Part shown: positions 41,309 through 52,243 of the stretch, in pieces | How positions within the stretch are numbered: the first letter of the stretch is position 1 | How the letters are laid out: the number at the start of each line of letters is the position of its first letter | DNA from: an uncultured Acidobacteriota bacterium | GTDB taxonomy: Bacteria > Acidobacteriota > UBA6911 | Direction: 5' to 3' | Length of the DNA: 64,000 bases | Assembly: GCA_963843575.1 (NCBI GenBank) | Contig: CAWJKZ010000024.1 | Location: forward strand, 448,001 to 512,000 | Notes under the pieces: generated by a model | Told to the model about the DNA's origin: nothing | Database searches by the model: none | What the model saw: only the letters and a program-made list of their open reading frames with translations | Position numbers and translations under genes: made by a program

Positions 41309-41857
41309 ATGACGACGAAGCCTCGCATCGCGACGGTCAGCCTGGCCGGGTGTTTCGGCTGCCACATGTCGATCCTGGACATCGACGAGCGCATTCTGAA
41401 GCTGGCCGAACTGGTGGAGTTCGACCGCTCGCCCATCAACGACTACAAGGACTTCATGGGCCGCTGCTCGGTCGGCATCGTCGAAGGGGGATGCTGCAAC
41501 GAGGAGAACGTCCACGTGCTCGAGCAGTTCCGCAAGAACTGCGACGTGCTCGTTTCGCTGGGGGACTGCGCCATCAACGGCGGGGTGCCCGCGCTGCGCA
41601 ACAACATCCCGCTGCGGGAGTGCCTCGAAGTGGCCTACCTCCGCGCGCCCGGGGTCTACAACCCCGGGGGCATCCTGCCGAACGACCCGGAGATCCCCCT
41701 GCTGCTGCACCGGGTCTACCCGTGCCACGAAGTCGTCAAGATCGACTACTTCATCCCGGGCTGCCCGCCCCCCGCGGACGCAATATGGGACGCGCTGGTG
41801 GCGCTGCTGACGGGCCAGCCCGTCGTGACCGCGTATGAAAGCCTGAAGTACGATTGA
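41309..41857 (+). CDS. hoxY: [NiFe]-hydrogenase small subunit
   Basis: [18 protein letters not shown] and IPGCPP. Confidence 0.92.
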   Translation: MTTKPRIATVSLAGCFGCHMSILDIDERILKLAELVEFDRSPINDYKDFMGRCSVGIVEGGCCNEENVHVLEQFRKNCDVLVSLGDCAINGGVPALRNNIPLRECLEVAYLRAPGVYNPGGILPNDPEIPLLLHRVYPCHEVVKIDYFIPGCPPPADAIWDALVALLTGQPVVTAYESLKYD

Positions 41858-41870
41858 GGAGCAGATCCGC

Positions 41871-43356
41871 ATGATGCCGGCCAAGACCAAGACGCACGAA
41901 ATACACGATCCTCCCGGTGACCCGAGTCGAAGGGCACGGGAAGGTGACCATCCACATGAACGATGCGCGCGAAGTCGAGCAGGTCCGGCTGCACATCGTG
42001 GAGTTCCGCGGCTTCGAGCGCTTCATTCTGGGGCGGCCCTACTGGGAGGTCCCGGTCATCGTGCAGCGCCTGTGCGGCATCTGCCCGGTCAGCCATCACC
42101 TGGCCGCGGCCAAGGCGATGGACCGCATCGTGGGGGGCGAGCAGCTGACCCCCACGGCGGAAAAGATGCGCCGCCTGATGCACTACGGCCAGATGTTTCA
42201 GAGCCACGCGCTGCATTTCTTCCACCTCGCCAGCCCGGATTTCCTGTTCGGCACCGACGGAACGGCTTCGAGCGCGTTCAGCGCCCCCGTCGCACAGCGC
42301 AACGTCCTGGCCGTCGCGGCCAAATACCCGCAGCTCGCGGTCCAGGGCGTGATGATGCGCCGTTACGGCCAGGAGGTCATCAAGGCCACCGCGGGGAAGA
42401 AGATACACGGAACCGGCGCCGTTCCCGGGGGCGTCAACAAGAACCTGTCCGTGGCCGAGCGCGACGCCCTGTTGAAGGATGCGGACCAGATGCTGGTCTG
42501 GGCGCGGAGCGCCGTGGCCATAGCCCGCGATTTCACCACCGAGCACCTCGTGGAACTCATTCCCTTCGGCTCCTTCGACTCCAACCACCTGTCGCTCGTG
42601 CGCGAAACGGATGGAGCGCTCGACCTCTACCACGGCGTCCTGCGCGCGGTCGACAGGAAGGGCGCAGGATCGTGGACGACGTCGACTACCAGCGCTACCT
42701 CGAGGTGGTGGCCGAGGAAGTGCGCCCCTGGTCCTACATGAAATTCCCCTTCCTCCGTGAGCTCGGCCCGGAGCAGGGGTGGTACCGCGTCGGGCCGCTG
42801 GCGCGGCTCAACACCTGCACCTTCATCGACACCCCCGAAGCCGCAGGCGGCGCTCGTCCAGTTCAGGGGGCTGACCCGGGGGCAAGCCCAACAACGTCAC
42901 CATGTGCTACCACTGGGCGCGCATGATCGAGCTGCTGCACTCAATCGAGGTCATCCGCGCCCTGCTGCACGACCCCGACCTGCAGGGGAAGGAGCTGCTT
43001 GTCCTCCGGCCCGCGGCGCGAGGAGGCGGTCGGGCTCGATCGAGGCGCCGCGCGGCACGCTCTTCCACCATTACCGGGTGGGGCGCAACGACGAGGTGAC
43101 GCTCTGCAACCTGATCGTTTCGACCACCAACAACAACGAGCCGATGAACCGCGCCGTCACCCGCGTCGCGCAGGACCACTTCACCGGCCGGGACGAGATC
43201 ACCGAAGGCCTGCTGAACCACATCGAGGTGGCGATCCGGGCCTACGACCCTTGCCTGTCCTGCGCGACCCACGCCGTCGGAGGCATGCCCCTGGTCGTCG
43301 AGCTGTACGACGCCCGGGGCAATGTCCTCGGCCGGCGCGCGCGGGAAACCGTCTAG
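41871..43356 (+). CDS. hoxH: [NiFe]-hydrogenase large subunit (group 3d), frameshifted
   Basis: [18 protein letters not shown] (L1), EAPRG and DPCLSCATH (L2), with a cleavable C-terminal extension. Confidence 0.92.
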
Positions 43357-43361
43357 CGCCT

Positions 43362-43817
43362 ATGCCCGAGAAGCGGATACTCGTCATCGGGTACGGCAAC
43401 CCCGGCCGGTGCGACGACGGCCTCGGCCCGGCGCTTGCCTCGCGCGTCGAAGCCCTGCGGATCCCGGGCCTCACCGTAGACTCGGACTATCAGCTCACCA
43501 TCGACCACGCTGCGCTTGCGGCGGAGCACGACGTCGTCGTCTTCGTCGACGCCGCGACCGATGCGGAATCGGACTTCTATTTCCGCAGGGTGAGCCCCGC
43601 CGAGTCGTGCGCGTTCACCAGCCACAGCGTCACCCCCGAAGAAGTCCTTTATCTCGCGCGCACCTGCTTCAGCGCGTCGCCCGATGCCTACCTCCTAGGG
43701 ATTCGCGCCGACGTGCTCGACCGGTTTCAGGAAGGATTGACGCCGGCGGCGCAGGCGAGACTCGAGAACGCGCTCCGGCACCTCGAGCAGTTCATCGCGG
43801 ATACTCTGCGAGTTTAA
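43362..43817 (+). CDS. hoxW: Hydrogenase maturation protease
   Basis: ILVIGYGNPGRCDDGLG, VFVDA and FTSH. Confidence 0.88.
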   Translation: MPEKRILVIGYGNPGRCDDGLGPALASRVEALRIPGLTVDSDYQLTIDHAALAAEHDVVVFVDAATDAESDFYFRRVSPAESCAFTSHSVTPEEVLYLARTCFSASPDAYLLGIRADVLDRFQEGLTPAAQARLENALRHLEQFIADTLRV

Positions 43818-43852
43818 GGGTCAGGCGCCAAAGCTCAAAGTCGCTCAATCTC

Positions 43853-43903
43853 TCGTGTCTTCCGGCTTTTCTCCGTGGCTTCCGTGACAATTTGTTTTTG
43901 TCT
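43853..43903 (-). repeat. ~52 bp dispersed repeat, copy B (inverted relative to copy A)
   Basis: Reverse complement reads AGACAAAAACAAATTGTCACGGAAGCCACGGAGAAAAGCCGGAAGACACG. Confidence 0.75.
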
Positions 43904-43905
43904 GA

Positions 43906-45730
43906 TCAAGCGAGGGGAAGGCGGACGCTGAAGCGGGTTCCCTTGCCGGGGGTGCTCGCGACCGAGATGGTCCCGCCGAGCCTCTCGACGACGTGTCGGA
44001 CGATGGACAGGCCGAGCCCTGTTCCCATCTCCCCGGTGGCCTTGGCCGCGGCGGTCCGGTAGAAGCCTTTGAACACCCGCTCCATTTCCTTTTCCTCGAT
44101 GCCGATGCCGCTGTCGACGACCCAGGCGTCCAGCCAGCCGTCGCTCCGGCAGGCTCCGAAGATCACCCTGCCCGAGCGAGTGTATTTCACGGCGTTGCTG
44201 AGGAGGTTGGAGAACACCCGTTCCAGGTCGGCGGGATCGGCCTGTACCCTGCAGTCGCCGGCGTTGACTTCCTCGACGAACACCAGCCCCTTGGAGGCGG
44301 CCTGCTCCCGTGCGGTCTCGATGACCCTCTTCAAGGACTCATCCAGTCGAATGGGCATAAGGGAGGCGCTGTCGTCGATGCGCTGCGCGGCGGCGAGGTC
44401 GAGGAGGTCCCGGATCGTGTCGAACGAGTCCTGGATGCGCCTGCGCGCGCGCGTCACGAGCTCCTGCTGGAGGTCGCTCAGGGGGCCCGCGAAGGGGAGC
44501 GCCTCCACGGCGCCCTGTGCGGCCGCCAGCGGAGACCGCAGCTGGTGGTGCGTCGTGCGGGCGAAATAGACGCGCTCCTGGTCGAGCGCCTGCAGCTCGC
44601 TGTAGCTGTTGGCGTTCTGGATTGCGACCGCGCCGAGATTCGCCAGGTTCATGAGCAGATTCTGCTCCTGGTCGCTGAACACGTGACGGCTCCGCGGTAT
44701 AGATCCGTATCACCCCCAGGGTCCGGTTCTTCGCCCTCATCGGGCAGGAGAGCATCGAACGCAACCCTTCGCGCCGCGCCTCCTCGCGGTACTGGAAACG
44801 CCGGTCGTCCCCGACCTCCAGCACCTGGATCGCGCCCCCGCGCAGGGCCTCGGAATCCACCAGGCTCTTCTCGACGTCGACCGGCCCCTTGTCGAGGTAG
44901 GCCTGGCTGAGCCCGTAGGAGCCGCCGATGTAGAGCTTCTTCCCGGTCCGGTCGAACAGCCTGATGAAGCTCGCCTTCCCCTTCAGCAGGCGGGTGGCGT
45001 TTTCCGCGATGAGGGTCAAGACCTCCTTGACGTTCAGGGTGGAGTTCACCAGCTGGCCCAGTTCATAAAGCGACTGCATCTCGTGGTACGCGCGGTCCAG
45101 CGCACGCTCCGAGCTGGACAGCGCGGCCTCTTTCTGCCGCAGGCGGGCGGTGATCGACGTGGCGAGGTAGGCCGTGACCATGAAAAAGAGCGCCAGGCCG
45201 CACCAGATCCGCAGCGCGTCGGCCGGGGCGAGGTCGGTGCCCCAGGGGAGGGACTGGTAGAGCTGCAGGGGGCGGGACGTGGCCAGCAGCGCGATCAACC
45301 CCAGGAGCAGCCCGGCGACGGCCGCGAGCACGTAGCAGGCGCGGCGCGACAGGAGGATCGCGCCGATGATCAGATGAAAGACGAAACTGAGGCTGACGGG
45401 GCTCCCGATGCCACCCGTCAGATAGACGGTGCAGGTCAGTGCCGCCCAGTCCAGGCCGATCTGCAGGTGCGTGGTCCGGCGCAACAGGCCGGGCGTGGAC
45501 GTGACCCGCCGGCGGCACAGATGGAGCACCAGGTTGTAAGCGAGTACGGAAACGGCGACAAGAGCGAGCGGGCGGAACGGCAGCGCGATGCCCAGCAGCG
45601 GGCGGCCGAGCGCGGCGCCGGCGAGGATGGCCGTCCCCGCCGCCCAGCGCAGCCGGATGAACCAGCCCAGCCGCTCCTGCAGTTCCTTGTCGAGTGGGAG
45701 GAGAATGGATTCCCCGGTCACCAGAGGCAT
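43906..45730 (-). CDS. Membrane sensor histidine kinase with GAF domain (frameshift near 44690)
   Basis: Several TM helices, a GAF segment, H-box THHQLRSPL, N-box NLLSNAVKY, and G-boxes DSGIG and GTGLGL. Confidence 0.88.
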
Positions 45731-45971
45731 GATCCGCACACCCCCGTCATACCCCGCTCCCGTCTCGCGCTCTTCCGGCGCGTCGACGTCTACGGGAGCG
45801 AACCTGGCACGGAACCCTCCGTGGGTCTTCGAGATGCCGCGGGCTCCGGGAGCGAGCTGACTTCCGGCACTCACCTCCGGAACCCGAAGACCTCGCAGAA
45901 CCGCCTAGTCTGGCTGCGGCCCCGGCCGGGCCGCGCCGATCCGGCGTCTGAAGCTCGGCGGCAGCCCCGGC

Positions 45972-46364
45972 TCAGGAGCCCGGGCGGCGGCCCTCGAGTT
46001 TCTTCTGCAAAAGAGACAGCAGGGTGTTCGGGCTGAGCGGCTTCTGGAACACGCCGGCCAGCCCCATCGCGCTGACGTCGGCCACGGAATGAAGATAATC
46101 GCCGGTGGAACTGAGCATGTAGACCGGCACGGTCGAGTCGAGCGCCCGTATTTCGCCGAGCAGCCTGGTCCCTGCGTCGATCTCTTCCATCATGAGATCC
46201 AGGATCACGATGTCCGGCTTGGTCTCCTTGAACGTCTTGAGACCTTCCCTGGCGTCGGCGGCCGTCGCGACGTTGTAGCCTCCGGATTCGAGCACTATCT
46301 TCAGCGAAAACAGGACGTCAGGATCGTCGTCGATGCAGAGGATTGTATGTTTCCGGTCCTGCAT
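45972..46364 (-). CDS. Single-domain response regulator
   Basis: ILCIDDD, ILDLMM, MLSS and FQKP. No output domain. Confidence 0.88.
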   Translation of the reverse strand: MQDRKHTILCIDDDPDVLFSLKIVLESGGYNVATAADAREGLKTFKETKPDIVILDLMMEEIDAGTRLLGEIRALDSTVPVYMLSSTGDYLHSVADVSAMGLAGVFQKPLSPNTLLSLLQKKLEGRRPGS

Positions 46365-46599
46365 TATCAAACTCCGTCGTATCGGAATGGGCGGGTCCGC
46401 CGCGGCGGCGGAAACCGGCCGGGCGCGCATGTTCATCTTGCGCCCAAGGATCGGCCCCCCGGGTAAAGCATGCGCGGCGCGGGCCGGGAGCCATCATAAC
46501 ATCGTTCCGGTCGCGTTCTTCGAGTAGTTCGAGCTCCAGGAGACGGGCCGGGGGGAGATCTCGAAGATACGGACGGTTCGAAGCACCTCGACCGGGGGC

Positions 46600-49407
46600 T
46601 CACTTGCAGCATTTCAGCCGGCCCTGGCTGCGGACCCACTCCTGGAGGATGTAGTTCAGCGCGTTAGCGTCCGCTACGTCCGCCTCGTCCATGTCGAGCG
46701 TGCTCGTCAGGCGGGCCAGCCGCCGCAACGCGGGGTTCTCCCGGATCTTGCCCGTCGCCCCCTCGAAAATGCGACGGTTGTCGAGATTGGAGTAGTCCGC
46801 CTGATACGCCCCGTGCCATTTCGCCTCGTCCCGCTCGAGAGCCGTGAACAGCAGGGGGGCGGTGGCCGTCATGAGGTTGTTGGGCGCAAGCCCGAGCAGC
46901 GCCTCGATAGTGCGGACCGCGCTGGCCGTGGTCATGAAACGGGAATCGACCCGCGGGCTCTGCCGCGAGCCGGCGTTGTACTTCGTGATGAACAGCGCGA
47001 TGCTGCGGTGGGAATCGACGTGGTCGCACCCGGCCTGGGCGTCGTCCTCGAGGACGACGATTGCCGTGTTGCTCCAGTAATACGGGTTGGCCGAAACGGC
47101 TTCGACGAGCATGCCGAGCGCCAGGTCGTTGTCGGCCACGTTGGCGTCCGGGGTCGGCCCGCCCGGGGCTACGCCCCGGGTGTGGTCCCCGCCCAGCCGG
47201 ACGATGCTGAAGGCCGGGAACGTGTCTTCCCCCTTCTCGCGCCGTATCCGGGCGACTCGGTCGAAGTCTCGCTTCCACACCGTGAAGCGGAGGACATCGG
47301 GAAACAGCTGCTCGAAGTCGGGGAAGAGAGGCTGGTAGGCGTTTTTGAAGGCGGACTTGGTGGCGACGGTGCCGCCCGTTACGGTCCCCTTTTCATCCAC
47401 CGTGGCGAACAGTGGAACCGGCCAGGGGTAGGGGCTCTTCTCGCCGATCCTGGGATGGACGAGATAGGAGGGGAGACGGTCGCCCTGCTTCAGGGTCCGG
47501 ATCCGCTTACTGGGGTTCGAACAGAACTCCCCGTACATCCTGATGGTTCCTCCCGCTGCCAGGACGCTGTCCCAGAGGTAGCCGCCCTGCGGGGTGTCGA
47601 CGTCCGACTGACCGTGCTCCAGCGGCACGATATCGTTGTTCCGTCCCTCCGAGTCGTAGGTGAAGTTGCTGGTCGAGTAGTTGATCTGCCACTGCTGTTC
47701 GTTCCAGCCTGTATTGATGCCTGCAGTGCTCCAGGTGTGGCCGTTGAAGCTCACCTCGGCGCTGTCGAAGAAGTTGTCGTAGATGCCGAACTCCCGCGCG
47801 AGCCTGTGGTGGTTGGGCGTGAACTCCTCCCCGAAGTAGAGGCAGGTCTCGTCCGCCCGCGTCCCCTCGAGGTCGCCGAAGACCTGGTCGTAGGTGCGGT
47901 TCTCCTTGATGACGTAGATGACGTGTTTGATCGGGTTGAACGCCAGCGAGCTCCGGGAGGCGCCCAGGGATTCGGGGTCCAGCTGCGCGTTGCGCTTCAC
48001 CGCTGCCGTGTAGCGGTCGAGGCCGGCCAGGGCCTGGTCGAACGGGATCTGGTGCAGCGACCCTTTCAGGAGCGTCGGGCCGTACGGACCGGGGCGCATC
48101 CCGGGCGGAAACGGGCGGTTCGGGCGGTTCGGGCCGGTTCCTCTCCCCTTGCCGCTCGTGATGTACAGGGTCCTGCCGTCGTCGCTGACCTCGGTCGTGT
48201 GCGGGTACCAGAGCGTCGGCAGGTAGCCGAGGACCTCGTGCGCCGCGCCGCCGCCCGCCGGCCGGTCGACCCGCACCACCGCGACCGTATTCAGCAGGCC
48301 GAGGGAGACAATCAGGTGCTTTCCGTCGGGCGTGAAGGTCAGGTGGTTCGGTCCCGCACCCAGGATCTTCATCTCCCGCATCTCCGCCGGCCGCACGTCC
48401 AGCTCGTCGACGACCTGGCGGTATCGCTTCGACGAGGGGTCGTTGTCGATCACGGCCACCAGGTCGCTGTTCTCAACCGCGACATACACCACACGGCCCG
48501 ACGGGTGCACGGCCAGGTGGCTCGGGTGGCTGCTCGGCGCCGAAGCCGCCTGCAGCTGGCGCCCGACGGGGACGAGCGATACCTTGCCGGTGGGGAGGTC
48601 GACCGCCGCGACCGCCGACCCGTTGTGGAGGCTCACGTACAGTGTGCCCCCGTGCGGGCAGAGCGCCGTCGCGTAAGGGTACTCCGCCGGCAGCGCCGGG
48701 TGACGGGGGTTGACGTGCAGGTCGAACACGCGCCTCACCGTCCGGGTGGCCGTGCTGAGCTCGACCGCGGCGTCGCTCAGGGTCAGCGCGGCGTAGATCA
48801 GGTCCTCGCCGGCGTTCTGCGGGTCCGCCGCCACCGAGATGCCGGACGGGGTGGGGGCCGGGTTGTTCAGCCGGATCCCCGGCCGGAATGCGATCCTCGA
48901 CGGGGGGATCTGAATCGCCCCTGCCGGCGCCAGCCCCTCGTCCGTCACACGGTAGATGCGGATCCCGTTCTGAGTCCGGTCGCCCAGCCTGGGGTGCTTC
49001 TTGGTCGAGGCGATCGAGACGTAGAGACGGGTGCCCGCGGAGCCGAAGGCGATCCCGTAGTATGTCGTCGATATGTCGGTCGGCCCGTCGAAGTTCAGCC
49101 CCGTGCCGGGCTCGGCGGTGTCCGACAGCTGGCCGGTGACCCGGTCGTAGAGCGCGATCGACTTGCGAAACCCGGAGGACGGGTGGCCATAGCCATTGTT
49201 CAGGAACGCGACGTAGCGCCCGTTCGGGCTGATGGCCGAGTTGATCGGGAACGCGTTCAGGTCCGCGACGAAAGTGCCCGCGGGCGGTTCGTGTAGCACC
49301 TTGCCCGACGGTAGCGCCACGGCCTGCCACGGTTCGCCCTGCGGGAGGGCCGGATTGAAGGACGCGCAGCACAGGAGACTCAGCAGGACGGTCGTCAGTA
49401 TCCTCAT
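46600..49407 (-). CDS. YncE-type beta-propeller plus phosphoesterase (alkaline phosphatase superfamily), secreted
   Basis: IKHVIYVIKENRTYDQVFGD, NDLALGMLVE and EDDAQAGCDHVDSHRS. Confidence 0.88.
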   Translation of the reverse strand: MRILTTVLLSLLCCASFNPALPQGEPWQAVALPSGKVLHEPPAGTFVADLNAFPINSAISPNGRYVAFLNNGYGHPSSGFRKSIALYDRVTGQLSDTAEPGTGLNFDGPTDISTTYYGIAFGSAGTRLYVSIASTKKHPRLGDRTQNGIRIYRVTDEGLAPAGAIQIPPSRIAFRPGIRLNNPAPTPSGISVAADPQNAGEDLIYAALTLSDAAVELSTATRTVRRVFDLHVNPRHPALPAEYPYATALCPHGGTLYVSLHNGSAVAAVDLPTGKVSLVPVGRQLQAASAPSSHPSHLAVHPSGRVVYVAVENSDLVAVIDNDPSSKRYRQVVDELDVRPAEMREMKILGAGPNHLTFTPDGKHLIVSLGLLNTVAVVRVDRPAGGGAAHEVLGYLPTLWYPHTTEVSDDGRTLYITSGKGRGTGPNRPNRPFPPGMRPGPYGPTLLKGSLHQIPFDQALAGLDRYTAAVKRNAQLDPESLGASRSSLAFNPIKHVIYVIKENRTYDQVFGDLEGTRADETCLYFGEEFTPNHHRLAREFGIYDNFFDSAEVSFNGHTWSTAGINTGWNEQQWQINYSTSNFTYDSEGRNNDIVPLEHGQSDVDTPQGGYLWDSVLAAGGTIRMYGEFCSNPSKRIRTLKQGDRLPSYLVHPRIGEKSPYPWPVPLFATVDEKGTVTGGTVATKSAFKNAYQPLFPDFEQLFPDVLRFTVWKRDFDRVARIRREKGEDTFPAFSIVRLGGDHTRGVAPGGPTPDANVADNDLALGMLVEAVSANPYYWSNTAIVVLEDDAQAGCDHVDSHRSIALFITKYNAGSRQSPRVDSRFMTTASAVRTIEALLGLAPNNLMTATAPLLFTALERDEAKWHGAYQADYSNLDNRRIFEGATGKIRENPALRRLARLTSTLDMDEADVADANALNYILQEWVRSQGRLKCCK

Positions 49408-49478
49408 GGTCCGTCACAGTTATCACATCCGGGGCGGCGGAAGCAAACCCCGGGGGGAAGGCAAACCGTAAAATCCTC

Positions 49479-49507
49479 TTGACAACTGTCGTTATAACAA
49501 CTACATT
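49479..49507 (+). promoter_or_regulatory. Sigma70 promoter of marR overlapped by putative MarR operator 1
   Basis: TTGACA (49479-49484), 17 bp spacer, TACATT (49502-49507). The imperfect palindrome ACTGTCGTTATAACAACTA lies at 49485-49503. Confidence 0.75.
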
Positions 49508-49513
49508 ACCGTC

Positions 49514-49981
49514 ATGACGCCGCGATTGAAGGAGGAGATAAAGCAGGGGAAGCCGTTCGGGAGTCTCGAGGAGGAGGTCTTCCTGAACCTCCAGCGCACC
49601 GCGGACGCGGCGCTGCGGGTGTTCGAAGAGCTGCTGAAGCCTTTAGGCCTGACCCCCACCCAGTACAACGTTCTCAGGATCCTGAGGGGCGCCGGTGCGC
49701 GAGGCCTGCTCTGCCGCGAGATCGGCGAGCGGATGATCACGCGCGACCCGGACGTGACTCGGCTCCTGGACCGGCTCGAGGGGCGCGGCCTCGTCGCCCG
49801 GACCCGGGACCTCCGGGACCGGCGCGTGATCCTGACGCGGATCACCCCCGAAGGGCTGCGGCTCCTCGGGGAACTCGACGCGCCCGTCGCCGAGCTGCAC
49901 CGGCGGAGGCTGGCCCACCTCCCTCGCGGCCGCGTGAGGAAGCTGATCGAGCTGCTCGAGTCCGCGCGCGCAGGCGGCTGA
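49514..49981 (+). CDS. MarR family transcriptional regulator
   Basis: LTPTQYNVLRIL, PDVTRLLDRLE and DRRVILTRITPEG. Confidence 0.92.
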   Translation: MTPRLKEEIKQGKPFGSLEEEVFLNLQRTADAALRVFEELLKPLGLTPTQYNVLRILRGAGARGLLCREIGERMITRDPDVTRLLDRLEGRGLVARTRDLRDRRVILTRITPEGLRLLGELDAPVAELHRRRLAHLPRGRVRKLIELLESARAGG

Positions 49982-49996
49982 TTTTTTCCGGTATTA

Positions 49997-50015
49997 TAGT
50001 TGTTTAAACGACAGT
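49997..50015. promoter_or_regulatory. Putative MarR operator 2 upstream of yceI
   Basis: TAGTTGTTTAAACGACAGT. Its reverse complement matches operator 1 at 17/19. Confidence 0.7.
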
Positions 50016-50046
50016 CGTAAAAAGAACAATTAAAGGAGAATGAAAA

Positions 50047-50628
50047 ATGAAGGCAATGGACAAGCTCGACGCCGCCGAGGGCGGCACCGGCACACCCGTC
50101 GTCTGGCAGCTCGACGGTTCCCACTCCGGCGCGCACTTTTCGGTGCGGCACATGATGGTTTCGAACGTGCGCGGCGAGTTCGGCAAGCTGGCGGGCAAGG
50201 TCGCGGTGGACCCGCGGAACCCGCGGCTCACGACGGTTGAGGCGGACGTCGATGCCTCGAGCATCCAGACGCGGGAGCCGGCCCGGGATGAGCACCTGCG
50301 CAGCGCGGACTTCTTCGATGTCGCGCGCTATCCTTCGATCACGTTCCGGTCCACGGCTGTCGAGGAGGTGCCCGGGGAAGGCTACCGCGTGACGGGCGAT
50401 CTCACGATCCGCGCCGTGACCCGCGCCGTGGTGCTGAACGTGGAACCGCTCAGCCCCGAGACGAAGGACCCGTACGGCAACCTGCGGGTGGGGACCTCGG
50501 CGACCGCCAGGATCCGCCGCAGCGACTTCGGCCTGACCTGGAACGCGCTGCTCGAGAGCGGCGGCGTCGTCGTGGGGGACGAGGTGAAGATCACCCTCGA
50601 CGTCGAGCTTTTCCGGAAAGCGGCCTGA
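50047..50628 (+). CDS. YceI family protein
   Basis: [29 protein letters not shown] and [18 protein letters not shown]. Confidence 0.93.
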   Translation: MKAMDKLDAAEGGTGTPVVWQLDGSHSGAHFSVRHMMVSNVRGEFGKLAGKVAVDPRNPRLTTVEADVDASSIQTREPARDEHLRSADFFDVARYPSITFRSTAVEEVPGEGYRVTGDLTIRAVTRAVVLNVEPLSPETKDPYGNLRVGTSATARIRRSDFGLTWNALLESGGVVVGDEVKITLDVELFRKAA

Positions 50629-50642
50629 GGGCGGAGGCACCC

Positions 50643-51346
50643 GTGATCAAACTGCGCAAGGCGGAGCAACGGGGGCATTTCGACCACGGCTGGCTCGACA
50701 CGCGCCACACGTTCTCGTTTGCCGACTACTACGACCCGGAACAGATGGGGTTCGGCCACCTCCGGGTCATCAACCAGGACAGGGTCCAGCCGGGCCGCGG
50801 TTTTGGCACCCATGGTCACCGCGACATGGAGATCCTCTCCTACGTGCTCGAAGGAGCCCTCGAACACAAGGACAGCATGGGCAACGGCTCCGTGATCCGT
50901 CCGGGGGACGTCCAGCGCATGACCGCGGGGACCGGCGTGATGCACAGCGAGTTCAACCCGTCGCGGGACCACGCCGTCCACTTCCTGCAAATCTGGATCG
51001 TCCCGGAGCGCAAGGGGCTGGCCCCGGGATACGAGCAGAAGCGCTTCGAACCTGAGGAAAAGGCCGGGCGGTTGCGCCTGATCGCCTCCAGGGACGGGGC
51101 CGGGGGCTCGGTCACGATCCACCAGGACGCACGGGTGTTCGCCGCGGTGCTCGGGGGGCGGAAGCGCAGGAAGTCGTCTACTCTCCCCCCGCGGGGAGGC
51201 GCACCTGGCTGCAGGTGGCGCGCGGGGCGCCCCGCGTCAACGGGATCGAGATGAAGGAGGGGGACGGCGCGGCCGTCCAGGGAGAAACCGCTCTCCGGTG
51301 CTCGGCCACGGCGCCGGCCGAAATCCTCGTCTTCGACCTGAGTTGA
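50643..51346 (+). CDS. Pirin family protein (YhhW-like), frameshift near 51160
   Basis: [28 protein letters not shown] and FLQIW. Tail EILVFDLS*. Confidence 0.9.
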
Positions 51347-51377
51347 AGCGCGCGGGGCGGTCCCCCAAAGGCCCGGG

Positions 51378-52163
51378 TCAGGCGGTTTCGATTTCGCCGG
51401 TCAGGTAGAGGCGTGCCTGGCCGGATATCTGCACGCGGTCGCCTGCCACCCGGCACTGCAGCCATCCGCGCCTGGCCGAGAGCTGGATCGCGGTGAGATC
51501 GGTCTTGCCCAGTCTCGCGGCCCAGTAGGGGGCGAGGCTCGTGTGGGCGGATCCGGTGACCGGGTCCTCCAGCACGCCGGACTGCGGGGCGAAGAAACGC
51601 GAGACGAAGTCCGACTCCCGCCCCCGGGCGGTCACGATGATGCCGCGGACGGGCGCCTGCGCCAGGAGGCCGAAATCGGGGGTCATGTCCTCGATGTCCT
51701 GTTGGGCGCCGTAGACCAGCAGGTAGTCGCTCCTCCCCTTGTGAAACTCGAGCGGCCAAGAGCCGAGCGCCTGCGCCAGGTCCTCGCGGGGCGTCGTGCG
51801 CACGACGACGTCGGCCGGGAAGTCGAGGGTCAGGCGGTCGCCCGCCCGGGACACGCCCAGGACCCCGCTGTGCGACTCGAACTCGATGACGTCCGCGCCC
51901 GGATCCGCAAAGCGGAAGATCGCGTAGGCGGTGGCCAGGGTGGCGTGGCCGCACAGGTCCACCTCCAGGGCGGGGGTGAACCACCGGATGGCGAAGCGGT
52001 CCCCGCGCCGGACGTAAAAAGCGGTCTCCGAGAGGTTGTTTTCCTTCGCGATGTCCTGCATGACGGCGTCGGGAAGCCACTCGAGCAGCGGACAGACCGC
52101 TGCGGGGTTACCGTGAAACAGGCTGTCGGTAAAAGCGTCGATCTGGTAAATGGGTATCTTCAC
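51378..52163 (-). CDS. PhzF family isomerase/epimerase
   Basis: QIDAFT..FHGNPAAV, NLSETAF, EVDLCGHATLA and EDPVTGSAH. Confidence 0.93.
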   Translation of the reverse strand: MKIPIYQIDAFTDSLFHGNPAAVCPLLEWLPDAVMQDIAKENNLSETAFYVRRGDRFAIRWFTPALEVDLCGHATLATAYAIFRFADPGADVIEFESHSGVLGVSRAGDRLTLDFPADVVVRTTPREDLAQALGSWPLEFHKGRSDYLLVYGAQQDIEDMTPDFGLLAQAPVRGIIVTARGRESDFVSRFFAPQSGVLEDPVTGSAHTSLAPYWAARLGKTDLTAIQLSARRGWLQCRVAGDRVQISGQARLYLTGEIETA

Positions 52164-52243
52164 GTCGTCACCCCGTTCTGATATTGGCGAACCTTGAGTC
52201 CTTGCGAGGTGAGGTGTCTTTAGAACCGACCTCGAAGGCTCGA

